64,000 nucleotides of DNA from Gemmatimonadota bacterium (GTDB lineage Bacteria > Gemmatimonadota > Gemmatimonadetes > Palauibacterales > Palauibacteraceae), in the NCBI GenBank assembly GCA_963666735.1, contig OY762926.1, positions 128,001-192,000 of the forward strand, written 5' to 3'. Position 1 is the first letter of the stretch; each line of letters starts with the position of its first letter. Both the position numbers and the translations under genes were made by a program. Under the pieces are notes generated by a model that was not told the DNA's origin, did not search any database, and worked only from the letters and a program-made list of their open reading frames with translations. This document shows positions 10,448 through 21,041 of the stretch, in pieces.

Positions 10448-11233
10448 TCAGGAGCCTTTGAACTCGGGCTTCCGCTTCTCCAGGAAGGCGCCCACGCCCT
10501 CCGCCATGTCGTCGGTCGAGAAGAGGAGCGAGAACCAGCTGCGCTCGAACTTGAGCCCCTCATCCAGCGGCATTCGCCGCGCGGCGAGGATCGACTCCTT
10601 GGCGGCCTGAAGCGCGACGGGGCTGCGGCTCGCGATGTTCGACGCGAGTTCCATCACATGCTCGTCCAGTGCCTCCGGGGCGACCGCGGCTTCGACGAGC
10701 CCGATCTGCTCCGCCTTCTCGCCCGAGATCAGCTCGCCGCTCAGCACGAGCCGCATCGCCCAGCCCTCGCCCACCAGGCGCGGGAGCCGCTGCGTGCCGC
10801 CGGCGCCGGGGATGAGTCCGAGGTTGATCTCCGGCTGGCCGAGGCGGGCCGAGGTCGAGGCCACGCGCATGTCGCACGACATGGCGAGTTCGCAGCCGCC
10901 GCCGAGGCAGAAGCCGTTGATCATCGCGATGACGGGCTTGGGGAAGGACTCGACCGCGCTGTACATGTCGCCGCGCGTCATGCTGCGGTACTGCTCAACC
11001 GGACGCGCGTCCTTGAACTCCGAGATGTCGGCGCCCGCGATGAAGGAGCGGTCGCCGGCCCCGGTGATGACGACGACGCGGACATCGTCGTCGCCCGCGA
11101 GGCGGTCGAGCGCGCCGAAGATGGCGCAGCGGACGGCGCCGTTTAGCGCGTTGAGCTTCTCCGGCCGGTTGACCGTGAGCCTGGCGATATGTCCGTCGAG
11201 TTTCTCGACGATAAGGACGTCACTCATGACCAC
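10448..11233 (-). CDS. Enoyl-CoA hydratase (crotonase)
   Basis: NRPEKLNAL, FIAGADISE, GFCLGGGCELAMSCD, GQPEINLGLIPGAGGTQRL. Confidence 0.95.
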   Translation of the reverse strand: MVMSDVLIVEKLDGHIARLTVNRPEKLNALNGAVRCAIFGALDRLAGDDDVRVVVITGAGDRSFIAGADISEFKDARPVEQYRSMTRGDMYSAVESFPKPVIAMINGFCLGGGCELAMSCDMRVASTSARLGQPEINLGLIPGAGGTQRLPRLVGEGWAMRLVLSGELISGEKAEQIGLVEAAVAPEALDEHVMELASNIASRSPVALQAAKESILAARRMPLDEGLKFERSWFSLLFSTDDMAEGVGAFLEKRKPEFKGS

Positions 11234-11346
11234 TCCGATGCTTCAGGTTGGCTGGTTTTGGACGTTCCCGGCGGCCTGAGACGGTCGCCGGTCGAACGGT
11301 ATCACGCGAGACTTCATGGGGCTATGCGCCGGCGTCCCCCGCCGCT

Positions 11347-11679
11347 TCACTCCACCAGCGCTTGACGCAGGGCTTCTCTCACGGCGACGCCGTCTTCCTC
11401 GGACAGTCTGCCGATCCTGCGGAGAATCAGGTGTTCATCGAGAGTGAAGAGCTTGAGGCGAACCTTGCATGGAACCCGGAGACCGGCTTCGCGCCAGCGC
11501 CGTATCGGTACATCGCTGAGCCACTCCACATGCGTCGACGTGATCATCGCCAGGATCGATTGCCGATGCCGGGCTTGGAAGCTCGCCGAGGAAACGACGA
11601 GTGCGGGCCGCCGCCGGGATGCGTCCCTGTCCGTGAACGGGAAGGGGACTACGACCACATCGAGCGACTCACAGGTCAC
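11347..11679 (-). CDS. PemK/MazF-family toxin
   Basis: DVVVVPFPFTD...RRRPALVVS...LAMITS; GTG start overlaps the antitoxin end. Confidence 0.88.
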   Translation of the reverse strand: MTCESLDVVVVPFPFTDRDASRRRPALVVSSASFQARHRQSILAMITSTHVEWLSDVPIRRWREAGLRVPCKVRLKLFTLDEHLILRRIGRLSEEDGVAVREALRQALVE

Positions 11680-11893
11680 GCCATGCTTCCTCGTCTTCGG
11701 GTGAGGTCCATTCGGCCATGGTTTCCGAGAGACCGCGCAGGTAGCCATCGGGACCCGGCGCCACCTTGCGAACGATCAGGTGTTCACCCGCCATCTCGAA
11801 GGCAAGTATATCGCCCTCGATCAAGCCAGCCTCATCGCGGATCTTCTTGGGAATCGTTGTCTGACCCCGCGCCGTGATCCTGGACAAATTCAT
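11669..11893 (-). CDS. AbrB/MazE-family antitoxin
   Basis: SRITARGQTTIPKKIRDEAGLIEGD; acidic tail EWTSPEDEEAWRDL. Confidence 0.88.
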   Translation of the reverse strand: MNLSRITARGQTTIPKKIRDEAGLIEGDILAFEMAGEHLIVRKVAPGPDGYLRGLSETMAEWTSPEDEEAWRDL

Positions 11894-12020
11894 CCCGTAC
11901 TCCTCTGCCGACCCCGCGTGTGTTTCTGATTGTACCGAAAATAAGTAATGCTGAACCACGGTGCACGGGCCCACGAGAACGACGGGACTCGGGCCCGCCT
12001 CCCTCCGGCTGTGCGCAGGC

Positions 12021-13733
12021 TCAGGCCAGATGTGTCGTACGGCCGCCGACGACGGTGCGGACGACTTCGATCTCCTTGATCGCGTGCGGGTCGGCCGTGT
12101 GGGGATCGTCGCCGAGGATGACGTAGTCCGCGAGCTTCCCCCCGGCGATCGAGCCCTTGATGTTCTCCTCGAAGGAGGCGTGGGCTCCGTTGATCGTGCA
12201 GATGCGGAGCGCCTCGGGGACGGAGATCTTCTGGCTCGGGCCCCACTCGCGTCCCTGCATGTCCGTGCGCGTGACCATGCTCTGGATCGCCATCAGCGCC
12301 TCGAACGGCCCCGGCGGGTAGTCGGACGCGCCGGCCACCGGGATGTCGTAGTCGAGGAAACGCCGGTGGGCGAACATCCATTCCATCTTCTCGGGTCCGT
12401 ACTCGCCCCACTTGTTCCCGTGGAAGTGGATGTAGGTGTAGAAGGGCGTCGGGATGGCGCCGATGTCCCTGATGCGCTCGAGAAGGGGGTCGTCCACGAG
12501 CGAGCAGTGCTCGAGCCGGAAGCGGGGGTCGGCCTGCGGCATCTCGCGCTGGACTTGCTCATAGGCGTTGAGACACATGTCGATCGTCTTGTCGCCGTTG
12601 GCGTGGATCCCGATCTGGAAGCCGGCGCGGACGGCATCGTCCACCGCCTCGTGGATATCCTCCTGACTCATGGTGCTGATGCCGTAGTCGTCCGGGCGCC
12701 CGACGTACGGGGTGCGCATCGCCATCGTGCGCTCCGACGCGGAGCCGTCCGCGCTGTACTTGACGGCGCCGATGCGCAGGTTCTCGTCGCCGAAGCCGGT
12801 ACGGATCCCCGCCTGCTTGAGCGCCGCGAACAGGCCGCCGCCCCCGGAGGGGAAGTAGTACATGCGGAAGCGGAGGTCCCCCGCGTCGTAGGCGTCCCGC
12901 AGCGCGGTCAGGCCCTGGCTGCCGCCGCCCGTCTCGTGGACGGAGGTAATGCCGGCCGCGGACATCAGTTGTCCGATGAGGGCGACGCCGGCCTGGCGGT
13001 CTTCCCGCGTGCTGCCGCCGGGGACGAGGCGCTGCAGCGGGCGGCGCGCGAGTGACGCCACCTTGCCCGTGAGTTCGCCGTCCTCGCGGTAGAAGTGCCC
13101 GCCGGGCGGGTCGGGCGTGTCCACGGTGATCCCGGCCAGTTCGAACGCCTTCGAGTTGTAGACGCTCGTGTGCCCGCCGCGGTGCGTGACCTGGACCGGG
13201 TGGTCGGGGACGGCCTCGTCGATGTCGAGGCGGTTGAGCGGGCGCCCCTCCTCGATCTTGGTGTCGTCATAAAGGAAGCCGACGACCCACTCGCCCGGAG
13301 GCGTATTCTGCGCGCGCTCGCGGAGCGCGGACTTCATGCCCTCGATCGTGCGGATGTTCATGTCCACCTGCGTGAGGTGGCGCATGCCGGCGGAGGAGGG
13401 GTGGTTGTGCGCGTCGATGAAGCCGGGGACGACAGTGCCGCCGCCCGCGTCGATGCGCTCGGTGCCGGGGCCGGCGAGGTTCGCGATGTCGGCGTTCGAT
13501 CCGGCCGCGAGGAAACGGCCGCTCTTCACGGCGAGCGCCTCGGCCTGCGGGTTCGCGTCGTCCACGGTGTAGATGGTCGCGTTCGTCACGACCTGGTCCG
13601 CGTGCCCCCCGGCGTCTCCCGCGGCTCCTCGGCCGCCTCCGCCCTGCGTCGCGCAGCCCGCCAGCGCCGCGCCTCCGGCCGCGAGCCCGGAAAGGGCCAT
13701 GAACTCCCGGCGATTGACTTCGCTCATCGTCAT
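12021..13733 (-). CDS. Tat-exported amidohydrolase (YtcJ-like)
   Basis: NRREFM Tat motif, LAGC lipobox, PGFIDAHNH, IHANGD, RLEHCS, GKLADYVIL. Confidence 0.92.
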   Translation of the reverse strand: MTMSEVNRREFMALSGLAAGGAALAGCATQGGGGRGAAGDAGGHADQVVTNATIYTVDDANPQAEALAVKSGRFLAAGSNADIANLAGPGTERIDAGGGTVVPGFIDAHNHPSSAGMRHLTQVDMNIRTIEGMKSALRERAQNTPPGEWVVGFLYDDTKIEEGRPLNRLDIDEAVPDHPVQVTHRGGHTSVYNSKAFELAGITVDTPDPPGGHFYREDGELTGKVASLARRPLQRLVPGGSTREDRQAGVALIGQLMSAAGITSVHETGGGSQGLTALRDAYDAGDLRFRMYYFPSGGGGLFAALKQAGIRTGFGDENLRIGAVKYSADGSASERTMAMRTPYVGRPDDYGISTMSQEDIHEAVDDAVRAGFQIGIHANGDKTIDMCLNAYEQVQREMPQADPRFRLEHCSLVDDPLLERIRDIGAIPTPFYTYIHFHGNKWGEYGPEKMEWMFAHRRFLDYDIPVAGASDYPPGPFEALMAIQSMVTRTDMQGREWGPSQKISVPEALRICTINGAHASFEENIKGSIAGGKLADYVILGDDPHTADPHAIKEIEVVRTVVGGRTTHLA

Positions 13734-13800
13734 CTCCTCACAGAGTTGCCTGGCAGAGTCTCGTCACAGGGATCGCGCGCGCCGAAACGCGCGCGCCGCC

Positions 13801-15531
13801 TCAGGCTTCGTATGTGGCGCGGCCGCCGACGACGGTGCGCAGAATCTCGATTTCCTTGATCGCGAAGGGATCGGCCGTGTGCGGGTCCTCCGCGAGGATC
13901 ACGAAGTCCGCCAGCTTGCCGGCGGTGATCGATCCCTTGATCCCTTCCTCGAATGCGGCGTGAGCCCCGTTGATCGTGCACACGCGGAGCGCCTCTTCGA
14001 CGGTGATCTTCTGGCTCGGGCCCCACTCGCGCCCCTGCATGTCCGCGCGCGTGACCATGCTCTGGATGCCCATCAGCGCCTCGAACGGCCCGGGCGGATA
14101 GTCGGAGGCGCCCGCCACCGGAATCCCGTGGTCGATGAACCGCCGGTGCGCGAACATCCATTCCATCTTCTCCGGCCCGTACTCGCCCCACTTGTTGCCG
14201 TGGAAGTGGACGTAGGTGTAGAAGGGGGTGGGGATCGCGCCCACGTCCCGGATCCTGCGCAGGAGATCGTCGTTCACGAGCGAGCAGTGCTCGAGGCGGA
14301 AGCGGGGGTCGGCCTGCGGCATCTCCCGCTGGGCGCGCTCGAAGGCGTTGAGGCACATCTCGATCGCGAGATCGCCGTTGGCGTGAATGCCGATCTGCCA
14401 CCCGTGGCGCACCGCGTCGTCCACCGCCTCGTGGATCTCCTCCTGGTCCATCGTGAGGATCCCGTAGTCGTCGGGACGGCCGACGTACGGCGTGGACATG
14501 GCCATCGTGCGCTCGGAGGCGGAGCCGTCGGCCCCGTACTTGATGCCGCCCACCTTGACCCACTCGTCCCCGAAGCCGGTGCGGATGCCCGCCGCCTTGA
14601 GGGCGGGGAAGAGGTCGCCTCCCCAGCTGGCGTTGGGGAAGACGTAGGCGCGGAAGTGCAGTTCGCCCGCGGCGTACGCGTCCTGGTAGGAGACGAGGTC
14701 GTTGCCGGCCCCGGTCTCGTGGACCGAAGTGAGGCCGGCCGCCGCCATGCGTTCGCCGATGAGGCGGATGCTCTCCTGCCGCTCCGCGCGCGTCGTGCCC
14801 GCGGGGATGAGGCTCTCGAGCGGGTCCTTGGCGTGTTCCGCCACGCGTCCGGTGAGTTCGCCGTTCTCCCTGTAGTACCTGCCGCCGGGCGGGTCGGGCG
14901 TGTCGGCAGTGATCCCGGCGAGTTCGAATGCCTTCGAGTTGTAGACGCCGGTGTGGCCGCCCCGGTGGGTGACGGAGACGGGGTGATCCGGGACCGCGTC
15001 ATCGATGTCGGCTCGTGTCAGCGGCCGTCCGTCCTCGAGCTTCGTGTCGTCGTAGAGGAAACCCTGCACCCACTGGCCCGGTGGCGTGTTCTGGGCCCGC
15101 TCGCCGAGCGCGCTCTTGATGCCCGCGATCGTCCGCACGTCGAGACTCACCTGCTTGAGGTGCTTCGTACCGGAGTAGAAGGGGTGGTTGTGCGCGTCGA
15201 TGAAGCCGGGGACGACGGCGTGGCCCGCGGCATCGATGATGTCGGTGCCGGGACCGGCGAGGTTCGAGATGTCGTCGCTCGAGCCCACGGCGAGGAAGCG
15301 GCCGCTCTTGACGGCGAACGCCTCGGCGTGCGGCAGATCGTCATCCACGGTGTAGATGGTCGCGTCGCGAACGACGAGGTCGGCGTGGCCTTCCGCCGCG
15401 GTGCCGGCGCCGGAGCGCGATCCGCTTCCGGGGCTGCCGGAGTCTCCCGCGCCGCAGCCGGCCAGCGCCGCGCCTCCCGCCGCGAGGCCGGAGACCGCCA
15501 TGAAGTCACGCCGCGTGAAGTCGCTCATCAA
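13801..15531 (-). CDS. Tat-exported amidohydrolase (YtcJ-like), tandem paralog
   Basis: TRRDFM Tat motif, LAGC lipobox, same motifs as 12021-13733. Confidence 0.92.
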   Translation of the reverse strand: MMSDFTRRDFMAVSGLAAGGAALAGCGAGDSGSPGSGSRSGAGTAAEGHADLVVRDATIYTVDDDLPHAEAFAVKSGRFLAVGSSDDISNLAGPGTDIIDAAGHAVVPGFIDAHNHPFYSGTKHLKQVSLDVRTIAGIKSALGERAQNTPPGQWVQGFLYDDTKLEDGRPLTRADIDDAVPDHPVSVTHRGGHTGVYNSKAFELAGITADTPDPPGGRYYRENGELTGRVAEHAKDPLESLIPAGTTRAERQESIRLIGERMAAAGLTSVHETGAGNDLVSYQDAYAAGELHFRAYVFPNASWGGDLFPALKAAGIRTGFGDEWVKVGGIKYGADGSASERTMAMSTPYVGRPDDYGILTMDQEEIHEAVDDAVRHGWQIGIHANGDLAIEMCLNAFERAQREMPQADPRFRLEHCSLVNDDLLRRIRDVGAIPTPFYTYVHFHGNKWGEYGPEKMEWMFAHRRFIDHGIPVAGASDYPPGPFEALMGIQSMVTRADMQGREWGPSQKITVEEALRVCTINGAHAAFEEGIKGSITAGKLADFVILAEDPHTADPFAIKEIEILRTVVGGRATYEA

Positions 15532-15564
15532 GTCTTCCTCCGACGGTGGATCGGTCGATGTTCC

Positions 15565-16092
15565 CTACTTTAGCTCGACGAGTTGGTCGGGGTCCACGCG
15601 CACGACGATGTAGGTGATCGTTTCCGTGATCTCGCTGAAGCCGTGCGGCGAACCGGCCGGGATGATGAGCATGTCGCCGGGGCCGATATCCTGGCTCTTC
15701 CCGCCCGTGATCCCGCCCACGGAACTGGGTCCGGTGAGCGTGCGCACGGTGTTGCCTTCGGCGTCGAGGGCGCGCGCGTCGGAGAGTTCGCCGCCGGTGA
15801 CGAGCGTGCCGCGGCCGGAGACGACGTAGTAGACCTCGGTCTGATTGTGGTGCCGGATCGCCCCGAGCGACGTGGTCGGCGGGCGCTGCACGACGCCGAC
15901 GCCGGCGTTGTGTCCGCCCGCGTCGATGTGCCGGATCTGCTGGTCGCTGACCCGGCCCTCGGGCGCGTTCGCGATCGTGGCGAGGATGTCGGCGGCGGAG
16001 ATGTAGGTGGCCGGCGGGTTGTCCGGGCGGTCACCCGGCGCCGCGCTCCAGAGGACACCTGCCGCGAGGGTGGCGACGATCAGCTTCGACAT
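15565..16092 (-). CDS. Secreted cupin-domain protein
   Basis: Signal peptide; HHNQTEVYYVVSGRG and PGDMLIIPAGSPHGF cupin motifs. Confidence 0.85.
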   Translation of the reverse strand: MSKLIVATLAAGVLWSAAPGDRPDNPPATYISAADILATIANAPEGRVSDQQIRHIDAGGHNAGVGVVQRPPTTSLGAIRHHNQTEVYYVVSGRGTLVTGGELSDARALDAEGNTVRTLTGPSSVGGITGGKSQDIGPGDMLIIPAGSPHGFSEITETITYIVVRVDPDQLVELK

Positions 16093-16192
16093 GGTCCGGC
16101 TCCCGTTTCGATTCGTGGAGAGATGAGACGGTCCGCGGATTCTAGACCGGCCCGCCGGTCCGGTCCACGGCTTGCCAGAGACCGGACGGTAA

Positions 16193-16449
16193 TTGCTGTG
16201 GGAGGATACGTACCGCGCGATGGCGGCGGCCGGCGAGGATTGGAGTGATTTCGATGTCACCCTCACCGACGGCCTGGATTAGTGGCGGCCTTCCCCAAGC
16301 GCTACACGATCCACTTCGCAGACCTCAACCCTACGATCGGCGGGGAGATCAAGAAGGTCAGACCGGTCGTCAGGCGCCAGATCGACCGGCTGTCTCCCGA
16401 GAAGGCGGCCGAACTCCGCCGGGTCATCACCGAGATGTACGGCGAATAG
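16193..16449 (+). pseudogene. Eroded MazE/MazF pair
   Basis: 16193-16282 reads LLWEDTYRAMAAAGEDWSDFDVTLTDGLD*; 16282-16449 reads VAAFPKRYTIHFADLNPTIGGEIKKVRPVV joined directly to RRQIDRLSPEKAAELRRVITEMYGE*. Confidence 0.7.
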
Positions 16450-16582
16450 CACCTCTCTCGCGTTCCCGCGGGAACACCTCGAGCCGCGTCGCTGTTCCGC
16501 GAACGGGTTGCGGACGTACGTTCCCGAGGGTCGTTTCGGAGGTTTGCGAAGGACCGCGCACGAGAGGGACCAGGAGGGACGG

Positions 16583-17848
16583 ATGACCGAGTGGAGCCGC
16601 CGCAACTTCGTCAAGACGACCGCCGCCGCGGGGCTCGCGCTCCCGGCCGCGCCCGCCCTGGCCGCGGCCGGCCCGCGGGCCGCTGAGGCCGGACTCCGCG
16701 TGGGTCCGGCGGCCGGCTCTCGTGCCGACGACGATCCGCTGGGGATCCGGGGCCAGTTTCCGGTCACGGAGGAGTTCGCCTACCTGAACACGGCCTCCAC
16801 GGGGCCGCTCCCGGTTCCCGTGCGCGAAGCGCTCGTCTCGTACGCGGACGAGAAGATGACGTACAACGATCCGGGGAGCCGCAGACGCGCCGTCGACCGT
16901 GCGCGCAGCCGTTTCGCGTCTCTGTTCGGAGCGGACGAGGAGGAGATCGCCTTCCTCTTCAACACGAGCGACGGCGAGAACATCGTGGCCAACGCGATCG
17001 ACTGGCGGCCGGGCGACAACGTCGTCATCGACGAACTCCACTTCACGACCGCCTTCGTCGTCTATGGGGAACTGGAGAAGCGCGAGGGCGTCGAACTCCG
17101 CATCATCCCCTCGCGCGAGGGACGCGCCCACCCCGAGGACTACGAAGCCTACACCGACGACCGCACGCGGCTCGTCAGCGTGGCGTGGGTCTCGAACCGC
17201 AACGGGTTCCGGCACGACCTCCCCACGCTGGCCGAGATCGCGCACGCCCGGGGCGGGTACCTGTTCGCCGACGGGATCCAGGCGTTCGGCACCTTCCCGG
17301 CGAACCTCCACGAGGAGGGCGTCGACTTCGCCTGCGGAAACGGATACAAGTGGCTCCACGCCGACTTCGGGTGCTCGATCCTGTACGCGCGGAGCGAGCA
17401 CCACGACTGGATGGAGCCCGACCGCTTCGGCCACGCGCAGGTGGCCGAGACGCTCCCGGAGCACCAGTACCGGCTCAGGACGGACGCCCGGAAGTTCGAG
17501 CACGGGAGCCTGGCGTTCGGTCCCGTCGCGGCCATGGACGCGGCTCTCGGCTTCATCGACGAGGTGGGTCTGGAGCGGATCGCCGAGCACACGCACACGC
17601 TCGCCGGCGATCTCCGCGAGGGCGCGGCGGAACTGGGGATGAAACTCTTCACGCCACCGGAGAACCCGTCACCGATCGTGAGCTTCCATCACGGGATGGA
17701 CCCGGACGAACTCGGGGATGCGCTGCGCGGGGAAGGCGTGTTCTTCACCTACCAGGAGGGAGGGGAACTCCTCCGCGCCGCCATCGCGATGTTCAACAAC
17801 CGCGACGACGTCGACCGCCTGCTCGGGGTGATCGCCGCCCGCGTGTAA
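16583..17848 (+). CDS. Tat-exported class V PLP aminotransferase (cysteine desulfurase-like)
   Basis: SRRNFVK Tat motif, YLNTASTGP, ADGIQAFG, GYKWL; AGGAGG RBS. Confidence 0.9.
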   Translation: MTEWSRRNFVKTTAAAGLALPAAPALAAAGPRAAEAGLRVGPAAGSRADDDPLGIRGQFPVTEEFAYLNTASTGPLPVPVREALVSYADEKMTYNDPGSRRRAVDRARSRFASLFGADEEEIAFLFNTSDGENIVANAIDWRPGDNVVIDELHFTTAFVVYGELEKREGVELRIIPSREGRAHPEDYEAYTDDRTRLVSVAWVSNRNGFRHDLPTLAEIAHARGGYLFADGIQAFGTFPANLHEEGVDFACGNGYKWLHADFGCSILYARSEHHDWMEPDRFGHAQVAETLPEHQYRLRTDARKFEHGSLAFGPVAAMDAALGFIDEVGLERIAEHTHTLAGDLREGAAELGMKLFTPPENPSPIVSFHHGMDPDELGDALRGEGVFFTYQEGGELLRAAIAMFNNRDDVDRLLGVIAARV

Positions 17849-17851
17849 ATC

Positions 17852-17998
17852 TCACTCCGCGGGATCGACCTCTATCCGCGGGAGCCCCGCGCCGGTGAGC
17901 CGTCGGTTCAGGCGGGGCAGGTCGTCGCTGAGGATATCGTCGAGGGCCTGCAGGTGCACTTCGAGTTCGGCGGAGAGCTCGTTGAAGACTGCCTGGTA
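17852..17998 (-). pseudogene. Detached C-terminal fragment of the VPS10/BNR-repeat protein
   Basis: YQAVFNELSAELEVHLQALDDILSDDLPRLNRRLTGAGLPRIEVDPAE* resembles the helical C-terminus of the family truncated at ~53846. Confidence 0.72.
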
Positions 17999-18096
17999 GA
18001 CTTGAGCTTTAGAATTCACATATCTTTGTGATCGTTCAGCTTACGGGATTCGACGGGCGGATTCCCTCTGTTTCGTTCCCGCCGATTGGGGCTGGG

Positions 18097-19257
18097 TCAG
18101 GCGCGGACCCTCGGGCGGCTGTCCAAAGCCTTCCTGAGTTGTCCCGCATCGGCTTGCTGATAGCAGCGGAGCACCGTCTGGGCCTCCTTCCAGCCGCCCA
18201 GCTCGCACAGCACCTTTAGGGGCAGGTCCATCAGATCGCTGGCAAACTTGCGCCTGAGCGAGTGCCAGCCCCGCCGTGCCTTCGGCTCCAGTCCCGCGAG
18301 CCGCTCCGCCTTGTGCCACCAAGCACCCGCCCGCCCGCGGCTGATGCTCGCCAAGGGATCCCGCGACGCGGGCAGGACCGGCGTCTCCCCGTTCCCGGGG
18401 TTCGCTTCCCGCGCCTCCTCCAACACCGCTACCGCCTCGTCGGTCAGCGGCGTGGTGTGCTCGTACCCGGTCTTCTCGTGCTTCGCCCGCCACAGGATGG
18501 TTCTGTCCTCGAAGTCGATATCGAACCACCGAAGGTTGCGGATGGCCCCGATCCGATGCCCGGTTTCGTGCGCGAGCACGAGCGCGACGCGGAACCGCCA
18601 ATCGACCTGCCGGGATACCCCGAGCATCGCTTGGTACTCCTCCTCGGAGAGAACGACCCGGGCGGGGTTCTTCTCCTTGGGCGTCTTCAGGCCCCTCAGC
18701 GGGTTCGAGTCGAGAAGGAGCCTGCCCTCCTCATCTCTGGACTTCGCCGCCCAGTTGAGCACCGCGAGCAGGAACTTCAGGTCCAACTCGATGGTCCGGT
18801 TGGACACGAGCTTCCGGCTCGGTCCGATCCTGCCCGCCCTGCGCTCCCGTATGAACCGGTCCCAGTCCCTCCGTGACAGCGTCTCGGGTCTCCGCTCGCG
18901 CCCGAGGAAATCGAGGAACATCGCCGTCGCCGTCCCGTCGTGCCTGCGGCCCGTCACGCCCTTGGTGGGCGTCACCTCCTCACCGTAGATGTCAAAGAGC
19001 ATCTCCAGCGTGAGCGGCTCGGGCTCGGCTTCCGCCGCGCCCCCGATCTCCGGGTCGACGAACCCAGCCGCGAACTCGTCCGCTTGCCGTTTCGCCCTCG
19101 CCCAGTCGCGGTGTCCAAGCGACCGGGTGAGCCTGCGCCCGTTCTCGCGCCACTCAATCTGGAAGAGGCCGGTCTTCGGGTCGGGAAACACCCGGACCCG
19201 ATTCCGGCCCCACTCGCCGGCGCCGTAGGAGCGCCGCCTTGGTTTCGTGCGTGCCAT
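18097..19257 (-). CDS. Tyrosine recombinase/integrase
   Basis: TGHRIGAI (R), WHSLRR (HxxR), LGGW, LRCY (Y). Confidence 0.92.
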   Translation of the reverse strand: MARTKPRRRSYGAGEWGRNRVRVFPDPKTGLFQIEWRENGRRLTRSLGHRDWARAKRQADEFAAGFVDPEIGGAAEAEPEPLTLEMLFDIYGEEVTPTKGVTGRRHDGTATAMFLDFLGRERRPETLSRRDWDRFIRERRAGRIGPSRKLVSNRTIELDLKFLLAVLNWAAKSRDEEGRLLLDSNPLRGLKTPKEKNPARVVLSEEEYQAMLGVSRQVDWRFRVALVLAHETGHRIGAIRNLRWFDIDFEDRTILWRAKHEKTGYEHTTPLTDEAVAVLEEAREANPGNGETPVLPASRDPLASISRGRAGAWWHKAERLAGLEPKARRGWHSLRRKFASDLMDLPLKVLCELGGWKEAQTVLRCYQQADAGQLRKALDSRPRVRA

Positions 19258-19498
19258 CGTTCGATACCTCCGATTCGATGGACTGCACGATCTGCACGTT
19301 TGAAACCTCGCGTAGTACGGGCGCGTCGTCCAGAGTTGGCGACCCGGTGCGCTTTCTCGTGGGGCGCGACACGGGCCGTTTGTTTCTGCGGGTTACCGTG
19401 GAGCTGGATGTGTTGTTGATGTACAAGAACCTCTGGCCGGGGGTGCCCCCGGACCCCCGCAACGACATTCCGCGCGCCACCGAAGGAGGCCGCCCGAC

Positions 19499-19843
19499 AT
19501 GGCCCGTCCCCGGAAGCCCGACGCCGAGCGCAGGACCCGCACGATCGGCGTGCGCGTCACGCCCGCGGACGCCGCGGAGATCGCCGAGCGGGCCGGAGCG
19601 GCCCGCATGACGAGGGGCGGCTACATGCGCCGCAGGGCGCTGGGGCAGCCGGTCCGCGAGGCGGCCGTTCACCGTCTCGGCGCGAGGGAGCGCGTCGAAC
19701 TCCACCGGATCGGCGTGAACCTCAACCAGATCGCCCGGGCGCTGAACTCCGGCGCATCGGCGCCGGACGGGACCCTGGAGGCGGTTGAGCGGGTGGGCGA
19801 GCTCACGGCCGACCTGCTGACCGGCGAGGCGCTGGACCGTTGA
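19499..19843 (+). CDS. mobC: MobC plasmid mobilization relaxosome protein
   Basis: RHH-like N-terminus, ELHRIGVNLNQIARALN; AGGAGG RBS. Confidence 0.9.
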   Translation: MARPRKPDAERRTRTIGVRVTPADAAEIAERAGAARMTRGGYMRRRALGQPVREAAVHRLGARERVELHRIGVNLNQIARALNSGASAPDGTLEAVERVGELTADLLTGEALDR

Positions 19844-21041
19844 TCCCGAAGATCAACGGACTGGGGCGCTCGTTCGCCGGGGTCGCGGCGTACTGTCTGC
19901 ACGATGCCCCGGAGCCGGACGACCGCCGTCCGAGGACATCGGAGCGGGTCGGGTGGGCCGACACCCGCAACCTCGCGACGTTTCGGCCGGAGCGGGCCGC
20001 GCGGCTGATGGCCGCGACCGCGAAGGCGGCCCCCGACCTCAAACGGCTGGCGGGCGGGGCGCCAGGGGGGCGGAAGCTCGCGAAGCCGGTCCTGCACTAC
20101 TCGCTCAGCTGGGCGAGGGACGAGACGCCCGACAAGCGGGAGATGAGCCGGGCGGTGGACGGGAGTATGGAGGCGCTGGGGCTGGAGGGCCACGAGGCGC
20201 TGATCGTCGCGCACGAGGACACCCGACACCCGCATGTCCACGTCATCGCCAACCGTGTCGATCCGGAGACCGGGAAGGCGGCGACGCTGGGCAGAAGCAA
20301 GCTCCGGCTGTCGCGCTGGGCCGAAGGCTACGAGCGGGAGGAGGCCGGATCCGGTGCGAGAGGCGGGTCAGGAACAACGAGCGGCGGCGGGCGGGCCAGG
20401 AAGTGGTTCGCGGCCCGTCGGACCGGCCGCGCCACTGGGCGCGCGTCCGCCGCGAGGGGATGCAGCCCGGGCGGGCGCGGCGGGCGAGGGGGCCGCGCGA
20501 TGAGGAGCGCGTCGACATGGAGGCATGGCAGCGCGCCGAGGCGGAGGCTTGGGAGAGGGTCGAGGACGGGCGCGAGTGGGGCTTCCGGCAACTCGATATC
20601 CGGGCGCGGAAGGAATGGGCCGAGCTGCACAGGCGGCAAGACGAAATGCGGCAGAGGCTCGACCGGGAGAGCCGCACCGTGTTCGGGCGGCTGCGGATCT
20701 GGCGGACCGAGCGCTCGTTGCGGGAACTGGTCGGTGCGGTCCGGGGCCGGGAGGATCTGGTCGAGGGCTGGCGCGAGGATCTCGTCCGCAATCATCGGGA
20801 AGAGCGCGCCGCGCTGGGCAAGGAACACGGTGGGCGCGCCCAGGAGCTCGAGCGCGGTGTGGCCGAGTCCTATCGAAGGGGGCTGGTGGACGCGGAGCGG
20901 CGCGCATGGGCAGTGCGGGAAAGGATGAGGGAGCGCGAACAGACGCGGGAGCGGGAGCGCGGCCAGAGCATCATCATCCCCATTCCCCGGCCGCCCCGGC
21001 CCAGAGGCCCCGAGCGTGGCGGGGGAGGGTTCGAGCGATGA
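19840..21041 (+). pseudogene. MOBP-type relaxase, frameshifted near 20343
   Basis: AAYCLHD, HYSLSW, AHEDTRHPHVHVIANR; continues in another frame (GRIRCERRVRNNERR...RGPERGGGGFER). Confidence 0.8.

Noticed and set aside
19395..19470. oriT nick site upstream of mobC
   Set aside because: Position is plausible, but the CATCCAG match to the MOBP consensus is imperfect, so it was not called
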